This document shows, piece after piece, positions 37,928 to 47,163 of a stretch of DNA of 64,000 bases (the first letter of the stretch is position 1; each line of letters opens with the position of its first letter). The notes under the pieces were generated by a model. It was not told the origin of the DNA, did no database searches, and was given only the letters and a program-made list of their open reading frames with translations. The position numbers were made by a program, and so were the translations under genes. Source of the DNA: an uncultured delta proteobacterium (GTDB lineage Bacteria; Desulfobacterota; Desulfomonilia; UBA1062); assembly GCA_963798485.1 (NCBI GenBank), contig CAWCTR010000007.1, forward strand, positions 192,001 through 256,000, in the 5' to 3' direction.

Positions 37928-38908
37928 TCACACGGAATAACCCTTGATGCTTTTCGTAGTCGTACCACCCTGCTCAATCTTGTCTACCAGACGCTCAAGG
38001 AGGAGGCGGGTCTTCCGCTGCTCATCCAGGATGTCCTGGAAGGTCTTCTCAAGGTTCTTGCCCGGGGCTTCACCATTAAAAGATACGGCCCTTACCACCT
38101 TGGGTTTTGTCCCCTTCATGATCATGTGAATGAGCCGCGGCCAGAGCCTTTCAACATCAGCGCCTACGCCCTTCTGCCCGAGCATGGTCAGCGCAATGAC
38201 CCGGTAGCACCGGGCAATATCCGAGGTGGGAAACCTCACGACGGCAGGGACTTGGTCGGTTACCGCCCGTACGAGCTTGTCATCGGAATAGATGCTCCCG
38301 AGGTACTCCACCTGAATATCGAGGAACCTCTGGGTGGCGGACGATATCTTCTTGTAGAGGTTATGCCCTGCCGTAGAGTTCTTGACCATACTTGCAAACA
38401 TGGAGATCCTGCCGTCATAGCCGTTGCGCTTGAGGACCTTGATGAGGGCATAGGCGTCTGTGAGGCTCGTAGGCTCATCGGCCACCCCGACGACGACTTC
38501 CGGTACTGCCATGAGGAACGATACCACACCACTTGAAATGCCCGATGAGGTATCTATCAGAAGAAAATCGGTGCCTTGGGATATCTCTCTGACCGCCTCC
38601 AGGAGATTCCCGATCTCTTCTTTACCGAGGTCCGCAATGTCCTGGGTGCCCGAGGCGCCGGGGATCAGCCCGATGCGATAATCGGTCTTGATAAGGATGT
38701 CCTTTAATCGCGCCCTTCCCAGGACTACGTCTTCGAGGGTCTTGTGAGATCTGACACCCAGAAGGACATCGAGATTTGCCAACCCCAGGTCGGCATCGAG
38801 GACCAGGACATTTGATTCCATTGCAGCCAGAGAGATGCCCACATTCAGCACGAAATTACTCTTGCCGACCCCGCCCTTGCCCGATGTTACAGCGATTACC
38901 CGCGTCAT
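37928..38908 (-). CDS. MinD/ParA-family ATPase, FlhG/FleN-like
   Basis: TSGKGGVGKS, DADLGLANLDVLLG and EPTSLTDAYALIK motifs. Confidence 0.88.
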   Translation of the reverse strand: MTRVIAVTSGKGGVGKSNFVLNVGISLAAMESNVLVLDADLGLANLDVLLGVRSHKTLEDVVLGRARLKDILIKTDYRIGLIPGASGTQDIADLGKEEIGNLLEAVREISQGTDFLLIDTSSGISSGVVSFLMAVPEVVVGVADEPTSLTDAYALIKVLKRNGYDGRISMFASMVKNSTAGHNLYKKISSATQRFLDIQVEYLGSIYSDDKLVRAVTDQVPAVVRFPTSDIARCYRVIALTMLGQKGVGADVERLWPRLIHMIMKGTKPKVVRAVSFNGEAPGKNLEKTFQDILDEQRKTRLLLERLVDKIEQGGTTTKSIKGYSV

Positions 38909-39015
38909 GGATCTTTCCCTCTTGATATTTCCTTGCAATATGTGTGCACGATTCAAACCTTCATATTAGGCTGCTTTATTGGGAAAGAAAAGGGGAAAAC
39001 GGCAAATATTTTCCC

Positions 39016-42000
39016 TTAATGAAGAATTGTTTTGTCCTGTATCTCATCCAGGACCATTGAAACCACCTTGCTGACCCCGGGTACATCAAAGGTTATGCCA
39101 TAGAGTATATCCGCCGTCTCCATAGTATGCCTGTTATGGGTGACAATGAGAAACTGTGAGTCATTTGAAAAAGACCTGATAAGCCGATTGAGCCGGATAA
39201 CATTGGCGTCATCCAGCGGCGCATCCACCTCATCAAGGATGCAGAATGGCGATGGGTTTACCTTGAACAGTGCAAATATGAAGCTGATGGCACACAGGGT
39301 CTTTTCTCCCTCGGACAGGAGACTTATGGCCCTAAGCCGCTTGAAGGGAGGTGAGGCAAAGATCACGATGCCCGCCTCTATCTCGTCTCCCTCATCCAGA
39401 ACAAGGTCGGCCTTTCCTCCACCGAACATGGCAGTGAAGATCTCATGAAAGTTCTCCTTCACCTTGACAAAGGTAGCATTGAAGGATTTTATGCTCTGGC
39501 GTTCAATATTTGAGATCACCTCTTTCAGCCGGGTGCTTGCCCTTACGATGTCCTCATATTGCCGGTGAAGATCTTCCCATCTCTGCTGGGTCTGCTCGAA
39601 GGCCTCCAGAGAGGCAAAGTTGATCTGCCCCATCTTCTCTATGCGCTCCTCAAGCTCGCCGGCCCTTTGCCGCGCCTGCAGGGCATCAAAGTTCTCCGGG
39701 ATCTCGGGGATGCCCTTACCGAACCTGCCCTCCATCCGTTCAAGGTTCATGGCATATGCAATCTCGAATTCTTTATTCTTCAGGAGCATTTCAGAGCGCG
39801 ATTTCTCAGCCTCATCAATGGCGGTCCGCTGTGTTTTCCCCTCTTCCTGCGCTGCCCTTAAAAGGGCAATCGCCTTTTCATATTCGGGCATGAGGGCGGT
39901 ATAGGATTTTTTCAGGCTCAGGGTGGAACCTTGAGCGCTGAGCAGTTGCCTTTCTGAGTCCTCCATGGACTGCTCCACCGCGAGCCTGGTTTGCATGATC
40001 TCGTCGAGCCTGGCCTGGTCTTTTATAATGGATTCTTTTCTCTTTTCAAGGGACTCCTCGAATGCCCTGATGGCCGAAGACTTCTCTGCATAAAGCACCT
40101 TCAGATCATTGGACCTTTCGCGGATCGACTCTATATTTTCCTGCGATTGGGTTAGCCCCTGCCTGGATGCGAGCTTTCTTTCATCCATCTCCTTGAGCGC
40201 ATCCTCGCGCCTTGTCCGTTCACCTTCAAGGGCCGCCTTGTCCTCGCCCAGTGAAGCAGCCTGTATAGTAAGCCTGACTTCAAGCTCATTCATCTGGGCA
40301 AGGTCGGTCTCATAGGTGCGCTGCTGTTCGAAGATCCTCTCCTTCTGGGCCAGGATATGCACTTTTTTCTCCTCAAAGGCCGCCCCTTCGCGCTCGAGTG
40401 CGATTAATGCAGCGCTAGCATCATCGTGGCGGGCCGTAAGCTCGACAAGCCCCTGCCTGGCCTGCCGGAGTAAAAGACTCTCCTGTTCGATATCCGTCGT
40501 AACGGCTTTCTCACGTTCGGCAAGATCCTTCATCTCCGCCTTTGCCTTGAGCACATCGGCATATTTCGTGTGTTCCTGCGTGGTCCTGATAATGCCGGTG
40601 GGTTCCAGGATCATACCGTCCATGGACACAAATCTGCACGACCTGTGTCCCTGTTTCCACAACTTAAGTGCTGTCTCAAGGCCTTCAACCACCCACATGT
40701 TCTGGGAAAGGGCATGCACAATATCGGCATAGCCGTCATGGGCATCGATGAACTCCTTGAGTTGACCCAGCACACCCATGGCCCCCGCTACAGCGTCCTG
40801 GCTGTGCTTTTCGATATGTGGCCGCTCAATGACAAACCCGGGGCCTTTTGTCTGGAAGTCATGAAGTGAGACTATCTCCTCATGGTCACGGAAGATCAGG
40901 AAGTCCAAGGCATTGCCCATGGACCTGCCGACTGCCTCCTCGTAGCCTGCCCGGACACTGAGCAGGTCAGAGACCTTCTTCCTGCCGTTTGCATGTGTTT
41001 CATCAGGGCCTTGCGATGCTGAGGGTTCAGCGTCGATGATCCTGCCGAGCACCGAGAGCTTGGCCAGGATCTCTGCATGGGTCTTTTCCTGTCCGATCAG
41101 TCTGTGCGTGCCCGCCTCAATTCCGGCCCTGGCGGCCTCCATTTCAGCGGCCCTTTCCTCGATCCGACCCTGTATCGGCGGCATGGACTGGTTTATCCGG
41201 GAAACCTCCGCCTCAAGACCGGTAAGCTCCCGAGACAACGTCTCGGCGGAATCGACAGATGAGGAAAGATCCTGCTCTCGTCTTTTAATGGTTGCATGAA
41301 CCTCCTTGATACGGCCCTGCACCTCCATGATGCGCTGGTCAATGGAACGCACCTCTGAAATGGCCTCAAAAAGTCCGTTCCTCTTTTCATTGTAGAGTCT
41401 TTCAAGGGCGTCGTATTCCTGTACAAATTCATCGTGCCGTATCTGCTGCCCTGCAAGGTGGGTCTGCGCACCCTCCATTTCATCCTTAAGGGTTAACAGC
41501 TCCTGCCTGAGCGTGGCAGCCTTTGCCTCTTCTTCATCAATATACCTGCGTGCCTCGGCCATGTTCTGGCTGAGCATGCCCATGGTGGCGGAACTGTCTT
41601 TTAACCGGCCCTGGAATCCCTCGATCTCACGGGCTGCCAATAACTGCCTTGACTCGGCATCGCTCAAGGATGAGGCCAAGGCCTCTAACTCGCCCTTGAG
41701 ACGGGTGCTCTCGGACTCATACACACCCAGTCTTTCCATCAGTTCCGAGCTGGCCTCTTCCATCCGGCTTAATCCGGCCTCGATACCCGTGAGCTGCGTC
41801 TCATAAGCCCCCTTAAGCATGGCAATATCCTTGAGTTCGCATGCGGACAGGAGCCTGGAGATCTCATTGACCTCGTTGCGCAGGTCTTGATATCTCCTTG
41901 CCTTGTTGGCCTGTGTTTTAAGGTCGTTCCTCTGCCTTGTAACCTCGCCTAAGAGGTCGTTTATGCGCTCAAGGTTCTTGGATGTGGCCTCCAGCCGTCT

Positions 42001-42543
42001 CAATGCCTCAGTGCGTTTTATGCGGAACTTGCCCACCTCGGCGGCCTCTTCGATGAGGTAGCGGATCTCTTCGGGTTTGGACTGGATGATGTCCTTGACC
42101 TTGCCCTGCTCGATAATGGCATAGCCGCTCTTGTGCAGTCCTGTGTCCAAGAACAGGTCTGTTATGTCCTTGAGGCGGCACTTGACATTATTGATGAGGT
42201 ACTCGCTCTCGCCTGTTCGGAAAAGCCGCCTCGTGATGGCGACCTGTTCAAACCCCTCCAGGGTCTTGGGGAAATGGCCCCCGTCCTTGATGAACTCCAG
42301 TGTTACACTGGCCATGGAGCTGGGGCCCACATCCTGGGTCCCTGAAAAGATCACGTCATTCATGGATGAGGCCCGCAAGGACTTGGCCGACTGTTCGCCA
42401 AGCGCCCACCTGGCCGCATCGATGATGTTGCTCTTGCCGCACCCGTTGGGCCCTGCAATGCAGGTCACCCCGCCGGAGATGGCAAGGGATATCTTCTTCG
42501 CTATGGACTTGAACCCTTTGATCTCGACCCTGGATAATTTCAC
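39016..42543 (-). CDS. smc: Chromosome segregation protein SMC
   Basis: GFKS, GPNGCGKSN, coiled coils with hinge, ILDEVDAPLD and IVTHN motifs. Confidence 0.93.
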   Translation of the reverse strand: MKLSRVEIKGFKSIAKKISLAISGGVTCIAGPNGCGKSNIIDAARWALGEQSAKSLRASSMNDVIFSGTQDVGPSSMASVTLEFIKDGGHFPKTLEGFEQVAITRRLFRTGESEYLINNVKCRLKDITDLFLDTGLHKSGYAIIEQGKVKDIIQSKPEEIRYLIEEAAEVGKFRIKRTEALRRLEATSKNLERINDLLGEVTRQRNDLKTQANKARRYQDLRNEVNEISRLLSACELKDIAMLKGAYETQLTGIEAGLSRMEEASSELMERLGVYESESTRLKGELEALASSLSDAESRQLLAAREIEGFQGRLKDSSATMGMLSQNMAEARRYIDEEEAKAATLRQELLTLKDEMEGAQTHLAGQQIRHDEFVQEYDALERLYNEKRNGLFEAISEVRSIDQRIMEVQGRIKEVHATIKRREQDLSSSVDSAETLSRELTGLEAEVSRINQSMPPIQGRIEERAAEMEAARAGIEAGTHRLIGQEKTHAEILAKLSVLGRIIDAEPSASQGPDETHANGRKKVSDLLSVRAGYEEAVGRSMGNALDFLIFRDHEEIVSLHDFQTKGPGFVIERPHIEKHSQDAVAGAMGVLGQLKEFIDAHDGYADIVHALSQNMWVVEGLETALKLWKQGHRSCRFVSMDGMILEPTGIIRTTQEHTKYADVLKAKAEMKDLAEREKAVTTDIEQESLLLRQARQGLVELTARHDDASAALIALEREGAAFEEKKVHILAQKERIFEQQRTYETDLAQMNELEVRLTIQAASLGEDKAALEGERTRREDALKEMDERKLASRQGLTQSQENIESIRERSNDLKVLYAEKSSAIRAFEESLEKRKESIIKDQARLDEIMQTRLAVEQSMEDSERQLLSAQGSTLSLKKSYTALMPEYEKAIALLRAAQEEGKTQRTAIDEAEKSRSEMLLKNKEFEIAYAMNLERMEGRFGKGIPEIPENFDALQARQRAGELEERIEKMGQINFASLEAFEQTQQRWEDLHRQYEDIVRASTRLKEVISNIERQSIKSFNATFVKVKENFHEIFTAMFGGGKADLVLDEGDEIEAGIVIFASPPFKRLRAISLLSEGEKTLCAISFIFALFKVNPSPFCILDEVDAPLDDANVIRLNRLIRSFSNDSQFLIVTHNRHTMETADILYGITFDVPGVSKVVSMVLDEIQDKTILH

Positions 42544-42696
42544 ACCCCAAGGTTTAGCAGAGCTTGATTCCCGCTGCAAGCATCCGTATGGACCGCAGTC
42601 CTTAAACATGCTTAAACGTAAGGAAAATCCCTTGCATTCTCCCCATGAAACCTGCAAAAAGGGAAATGAGTACACATGGAGGAGGGAGAAGGGTCT

Positions 42697-43005
42697 ATGT
42701 ATATCCTCGGCAATATTCTCATCGGCTTGGGCAATGTCCTTGATATCCTCCTGAGCATCTACATGTGGATCGTCATCATCGGCGCGCTCATCTCATGGGT
42801 AAATCCCGATCCATACAATCCAATCGTCCGGTTTCTGCGTGGCGCCACCTATCCTCTTTTTTCGTGGCTTCGCAGGCGCCTTCCCCTTGTGCAAGGCGGA
42901 ATCGATCTCTCGCCCATCATCATCATTGCCGGCATCGTCTTCCTCAAGTATGCCCTGGCCAGGACTATCATCGAGACCGGGTATAGGCTGAAAGGGGGTC
43001 TTTAG
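42697..43005 (+). CDS. yggT: YggT family membrane protein
   Basis: ISWVNPDPYNPIVRFL and IDLSP motifs. Confidence 0.92.
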   Translation: MYILGNILIGLGNVLDILLSIYMWIVIIGALISWVNPDPYNPIVRFLRGATYPLFSWLRRRLPLVQGGIDLSPIIIIAGIVFLKYALARTIIETGYRLKGGL

Positions 43006-43524
43006 ATGAAACTCACGCCCGAGATGATCCGGGAGCAGCGCTTCAAGGTCAAGCTTTCCGGGTTTGACAAGAATGAGGTGATCGCCTTCCTCATGGACAT
43101 GGCCGAAGATATGGAGATGCTCATCGAGGAGAACTCCATCCTCAAGAGCGAGGTGGAAACGGTAAGGCGCAGACAGAAAGACCTGGAAGACCTCTTCCTC
43201 TCAGTCAAGCAGTTCTCGGATGAAAAGATGAAGCGCGTGGACCTCGATGCAAACGCCATCCTGGCCGCTGCAGAAAAGAAGGCCTCTGATATACAGCTCG
43301 CTGCCAACCAGAAACTCGTGGAAGCGGAGCAGCGGGCCCAGGAGCTGCATACCCAGGTGACACTCAAGGCCCGCGAGGTCCTCAGAGAGGCGGAGCGGTC
43401 AAAGATTGAAATAGAGCGGGGCCTGGCGGACCTGAAGAATAAAAGGACGACGCTCTTTACCGAACTCAAGGCCATCATGGATTCATATCAGGCTTGGATC
43501 AGAGACCAGGGGAATGTGGGCTAA
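43006..43524 (+). CDS. DivIVA domain protein
   Basis: LTPEMIREQRFKVKLSGFDKNEV followed by coiled coil. Confidence 0.88.
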   Translation: MKLTPEMIREQRFKVKLSGFDKNEVIAFLMDMAEDMEMLIEENSILKSEVETVRRRQKDLEDLFLSVKQFSDEKMKRVDLDANAILAAAEKKASDIQLAANQKLVEAEQRAQELHTQVTLKAREVLREAERSKIEIERGLADLKNKRTTLFTELKAIMDSYQAWIRDQGNVG

Positions 43525-43804
43525 CCGAAAAGGGGATTCAACCCTCCTTTCATGCAGGGTCCAGCCCAATTCCTCCAAGGAAGGCATCGGCGAGATCAAA
43601 AACGATGCATTAGTAATCCGTCTGAATGCCCCGGCGGTGGAGGGCAAGGCCAACGATGCCCTCATAAAATTTCTCTCCAAACGACTCGGCATTGCGAAAT
43701 CAAGAATATCCATCATTAGAGGGGAAAAGAACAGGAACAAGCTCGTTTCTGTTCAGCGAGTGAGCCCTGAGGAGATAGCGGAAAGTTTCGGTATTAATCT
43801 ATAA
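43514..43804 (+). CDS. DUF167/YggU family protein
   Basis: RVQPNS, APAVEGKAN and GEKNRNK motifs. Confidence 0.9.
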   Translation: MWANRKGDSTLLSCRVQPNSSKEGIGEIKNDALVIRLNAPAVEGKANDALIKFLSKRLGIAKSRISIIRGEKNRNKLVSVQRVSPEEIAESFGINL

Positions 43805-44393
43805 CCTTGATCCCGCGGTAGCCCATGTTGGTCAGCTCCCGGGCTATCTCAGGGGCATCGCCGCCGGATATGCGGAAATGGTGGGTGTTGTCGTCACCGT
43901 TCATGGTCATGCCGGCGCTGATGATATACCCCCCTTTGGACTCGATGATGGATACCACCTCGTCAAAGGACCCGTGGACATTTTTCAGGATTACATCAAT
44001 GCGTGAGCCGCCCTTGAGCACGCCCAGCATGTCTATGAAGGCCTTCAGGATATCATTTACCGTAAGGATGCCCACGATCTTATCATCTTCCATTACAGGC
44101 AGGCACCCGATGCGCTTCTCATAGATGATCTGCGCAGCCTTCTCAAGGGGGGTCTCCTTGGAGATCGTGTAGGGCTCGCGGATCATCACATCATTCACCT
44201 TGAGCTGCTCGATCATGGATGCAATGATGGCCTGCTTGAGGTCCCCCAGCGTCACCAGGCCTACAAAAGAGCCGTTGTCTACGACGGGCAGATGCCGTAC
44301 GGAGTGCTTCTTCATAACCATAAGGGCATCTTTGATGCCTGCATTACTCCCTATGGTGACTACATCCTTGACCATCCATGTTTCAACCTTCAT
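43794..44393 (-). CDS. CBS-domain protein (AcuB-like, CBS pair plus ACT-like domain)
   Basis: VRHLPVVD and IGCLPVM CBS motifs. Confidence 0.88.
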   Translation of the reverse strand: MKVETWMVKDVVTIGSNAGIKDALMVMKKHSVRHLPVVDNGSFVGLVTLGDLKQAIIASMIEQLKVNDVMIREPYTISKETPLEKAAQIIYEKRIGCLPVMEDDKIVGILTVNDILKAFIDMLGVLKGGSRIDVILKNVHGSFDEVVSIIESKGGYIISAGMTMNGDDNTHHFRISGGDAPEIARELTNMGYRGIKVID

Positions 44394-44572
44394 GGATTAT
44401 AGGTATACCAAATATTTTCCTGGATGTAAAACCACAAAGCATAGTCTTGATTCACATCAGAAGATATTCCGTATCAGAATGTATGACCACAATGAAAATG
44501 GAGCTTGCTGAGATTTATCGAAGGAATCAACAGTATTTGAAAATCGTCTTTGATCAAACTTTTCTCCGTTAG

Positions 44573-44950
44573 TCATTTTATGTCAGGATAATGTTTTTCC
44601 ATGCATTCAGGACAAATGGAATGGGAAAATTTTGCTTCTGACCGGTCTTGAATGTATTGTTCCATTATCACCCATCCATTCTGATCCTTGGGGTTGACAC
44701 CTTCAGGTCTTATCTTTTTACAAAAAGAACAAATCGGCAAGATCCCTTCGAGCCTTTTGATGACTGTGAGTGCCTCCTCAAGCTCTTGGATCTTCTGCTT
44801 GAGGGCCTTTTCCTTAGTGTCAAGAGACATGACCATGGTGTTGAAGGCTTCGGAAAAGTCGCCCATAAAATCAACTCGCTGATTATAGTCACCCTGGGTT
44901 ACTTGTTTTGCCTGCCAAGTCAAGTGAATCAAGTGGGAATGTAGCTCCTT
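44573..44950 (-). pseudogene. 5'-truncated signalling gene (HAMP-like segment plus Cys-rich C-terminal domain)
   Basis: KELHSHLIHLTWQAKQVTQGDYNQRVDFMGDFSEAFNTMV then LPICSFCKKIR..SHSICPEC. No credible start. Confidence 0.65.
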
Positions 44951-45182
44951 TCGTCCAGGGCAACAGCCCGGTTAGACCTTGATTTATTCTGTAAAACCTG
45001 TATATATAATATTAACTTGAGTTTAGTACTTTGAGTTGATTACTTTTATAAATCATATAATTCACATCTTACGATCTGATACACTCATCACACTTTAAAT
45101 TATATGACATTGTTTTAATACCAGTAAAGTAATTTAAGTATAATGATTAATAGGGTTAAAAGAATCTATCGAAGGAGGGATT

Positions 45183-45491
45183 ATGTCAAAGAAGATATTG
45201 ATCTATTTGGTTGGGATATCTCTGGTTATTTTTCTCGTTTCCTGTGCCAAGTTACCCGAAACCAAAGCTCCGCCATCTGTGCCGACAACTCTAGCAAAAT
45301 TTGGAATGGAGCCTTTGAAACTAAGTGATTCCACACTATTGAAATGGGGTAATTTGATTGGGGTGAGTAATGTAACTCCTGTATGGGTTATATTGTATTT
45401 CCAAGACAAAGAAGGAAACGTCTATTTAGTCTGGTATAACATTCAAGAAAATAAATACCTTGAAGAATATAGAGTCATGAAGCGCAAATAA
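45183..45491 (+). CDS. Hypothetical lipoprotein
   Basis: RBS AGGAGG and a signal peptide ending in lipobox LVSC. Confidence 0.75.
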   Translation: MSKKILIYLVGISLVIFLVSCAKLPETKAPPSVPTTLAKFGMEPLKLSDSTLLKWGNLIGVSNVTPVWVILYFQDKEGNVYLVWYNIQENKYLEEYRVMKRK

Positions 45492-45501
45492 GGAGGTTTA
45501 T

Positions 45502-45726
45502 ATGTTAAAACATATTACCAGTCTTATCAACCGGATTCTTTTCATCGTTTCATTTATAATGGCAGGATTGGCAGCATGGGAAAAGTTGGCAAATATAATG
45601 GGACTTACACTGATGAGGGGGTATTACTCCAACTGGCAGCTATTAGAGTTTTCAGCAATAGCCTTACTTTTCGTAATAGCACTTCAATTAAGGGAGATTA
45701 AGTCATCAATAGGAGTAAAAATGTAG
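45502..45726 (+). CDS. Small two-helix membrane protein
   Basis: RBS AAGGAGG and two hydrophobic segments. Confidence 0.7.
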   Translation: MLKHITSLINRILFIVSFIMAGLAAWEKLANIMGLTLMRGYYSNWQLLEFSAIALLFVIALQLREIKSSIGVKM

Positions 45727-45831
45727 TTGGTAACTGTCAATAGATCGGGGTGCTAATTATTCCAAGAAAAGCATCTAGCTATTATTTAGATATAACTCAA
45801 AGATCATGACACACCCATAAATGATGCGGGG

Positions 45832-47163
45832 TTATTCCGTCATGATGGACCTGAGGTATTCCAGTGCCTGCCCGCGGCTTGATATAATCCCGTCCGCCCG
45901 GGCCTCTTCTACAAGGCGCAGCAGTTCCCCCACCTTGAGACCCGGGTCCATTGATAAGTTTTCCATGATGTCATGGCCTGTGAGTAGCGGGTTTGCCGTA
46001 TGGGCCTGATAGGTCCCCAGGAAATATTCCCACAGGGATGCGACGCGTGTCTGAATGGATACATCATTTGTTCCGTCTGCGATCCTTTGGGTTGCAAGAG
46101 TATCAGAGGCAAGGGCCAGCAGGAGCATCTCCGGTATGCATTGCCGATATGCAGACAAGAGCCGGTGCATGCCGCTGCCGCTGAGAAAGGGTTTCTCGTT
46201 AAGGCCATGCACACGCAGCATGCCTGAGATGGTCTTTGCAATGACGCGGCTTGCCAGGGAAGAAAGTGCCAGCCTCGTGCACCAGGAGTGCACCAGGTCT
46301 TCATTATAATTGTGCTGCGATGACTCTGCTATGCCGGCAAAAAAGCCTGCTAACCGTAGCGCCCCGGACCTGGTGAAACCATGCTCCAGCTCATCTGCAA
46401 AGGGGTCTTTGATGCCGGGGAGATATGATGACACATCCGGGAGAAGGCCCTCTACACCTGAAAGGATCTCAAGGCCCAGACCAAGCCGGTCTTCATCCAC
46501 CGGACCCTTGAAGAGCACGGGGGCATAACCTGCATCAATGAGGAGGCTGAAAAATGTTGCGCTGTCGGGACACTTCAGGGCCTTTAAGAACTCGTATTTG
46601 ATCCGTTCAGGGGCAATTACCTGAAGAGTTTCTGCATTTTTCTTGATCATTCCCAGGGTGAGGTTATCAAGGGAGAACCCGAGCTGCACGGAGAACCTCA
46701 GGCTGCGCAACCCCCGAAGCGGGTCGTCCTTCAGGTTCTTTTCCGCAATGAGCCGGATCCGTTTTTCCTGCAGGTCCTTTTGTCCCCCAAGCGGATCGAT
46801 GAGTGTCCCGTCAAAGGGATTCAGGGCCATGGCATTGATGGTGATATCACGCTCTGCAAGGTCCGCTGCTATGTCGTCTCCCCGGGGAGGTGATACGTCT
46901 ATGGTCAGATCCCCGTGGTTCAGTGCGACCCTGGCCACCTGACGTTCCCGGTCCATGAAAAAGGCCTTGCCTCCCAAAATTGCGCCGAGCTGCCGCGCCA
47001 GGTCCATGGATGCCCCGAAGGTGACAAGGTCGAAGTCGGATGGAACGGCACCCAGCATCAGGTCCCGTACACACCCGCCCACAAGATAGGTCCGCCCAGG
47101 CAAGTGCGGCAGGATACCTTTAAGGATTTTGTTTTTTTTGGCGGCATTGAACAGATCGTGCAT
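45832..47163 (-). CDS. Class II tRNA nucleotidyltransferase / poly(A) polymerase family protein
   Basis: LVGGCVRD..DFDL, ERDITINAMA, DDPLR and APERI motifs. Confidence 0.88.
   Translation of the reverse strand: MHDLFNAAKKNKILKGILPHLPGRTYLVGGCVRDLMLGAVPSDFDLVTFGASMDLARQLGAILGGKAFFMDRERQVARVALNHGDLTIDVSPPRGDDIAADLAERDITINAMALNPFDGTLIDPLGGQKDLQEKRIRLIAEKNLKDDPLRGLRSLRFSVQLGFSLDNLTLGMIKKNAETLQVIAPERIKYEFLKALKCPDSATFFSLLIDAGYAPVLFKGPVDEDRLGLGLEILSGVEGLLPDVSSYLPGIKDPFADELEHGFTRSGALRLAGFFAGIAESSQHNYNEDLVHSWCTRLALSSLASRVIAKTISGMLRVHGLNEKPFLSGSGMHRLLSAYRQCIPEMLLLALASDTLATQRIADGTNDVSIQTRVASLWEYFLGTYQAHTANPLLTGHDIMENLSMDPGLKVGELLRLVEEARADGIISSRGQALEYLRSIMTE

Noticed and set aside
38930-38950. Sigma54-like promoter upstream of the FlhG-like gene (GTGCAC-N5-TTGCA)
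   Set aside because: The invariant -24 GG is missing
47120-47163. 44 nt overlap of hisD with the nucleotidyltransferase gene as a possible frameshift
   Set aside because: HisD ends normally after its AHARSV motif and the downstream gene has its own RBS
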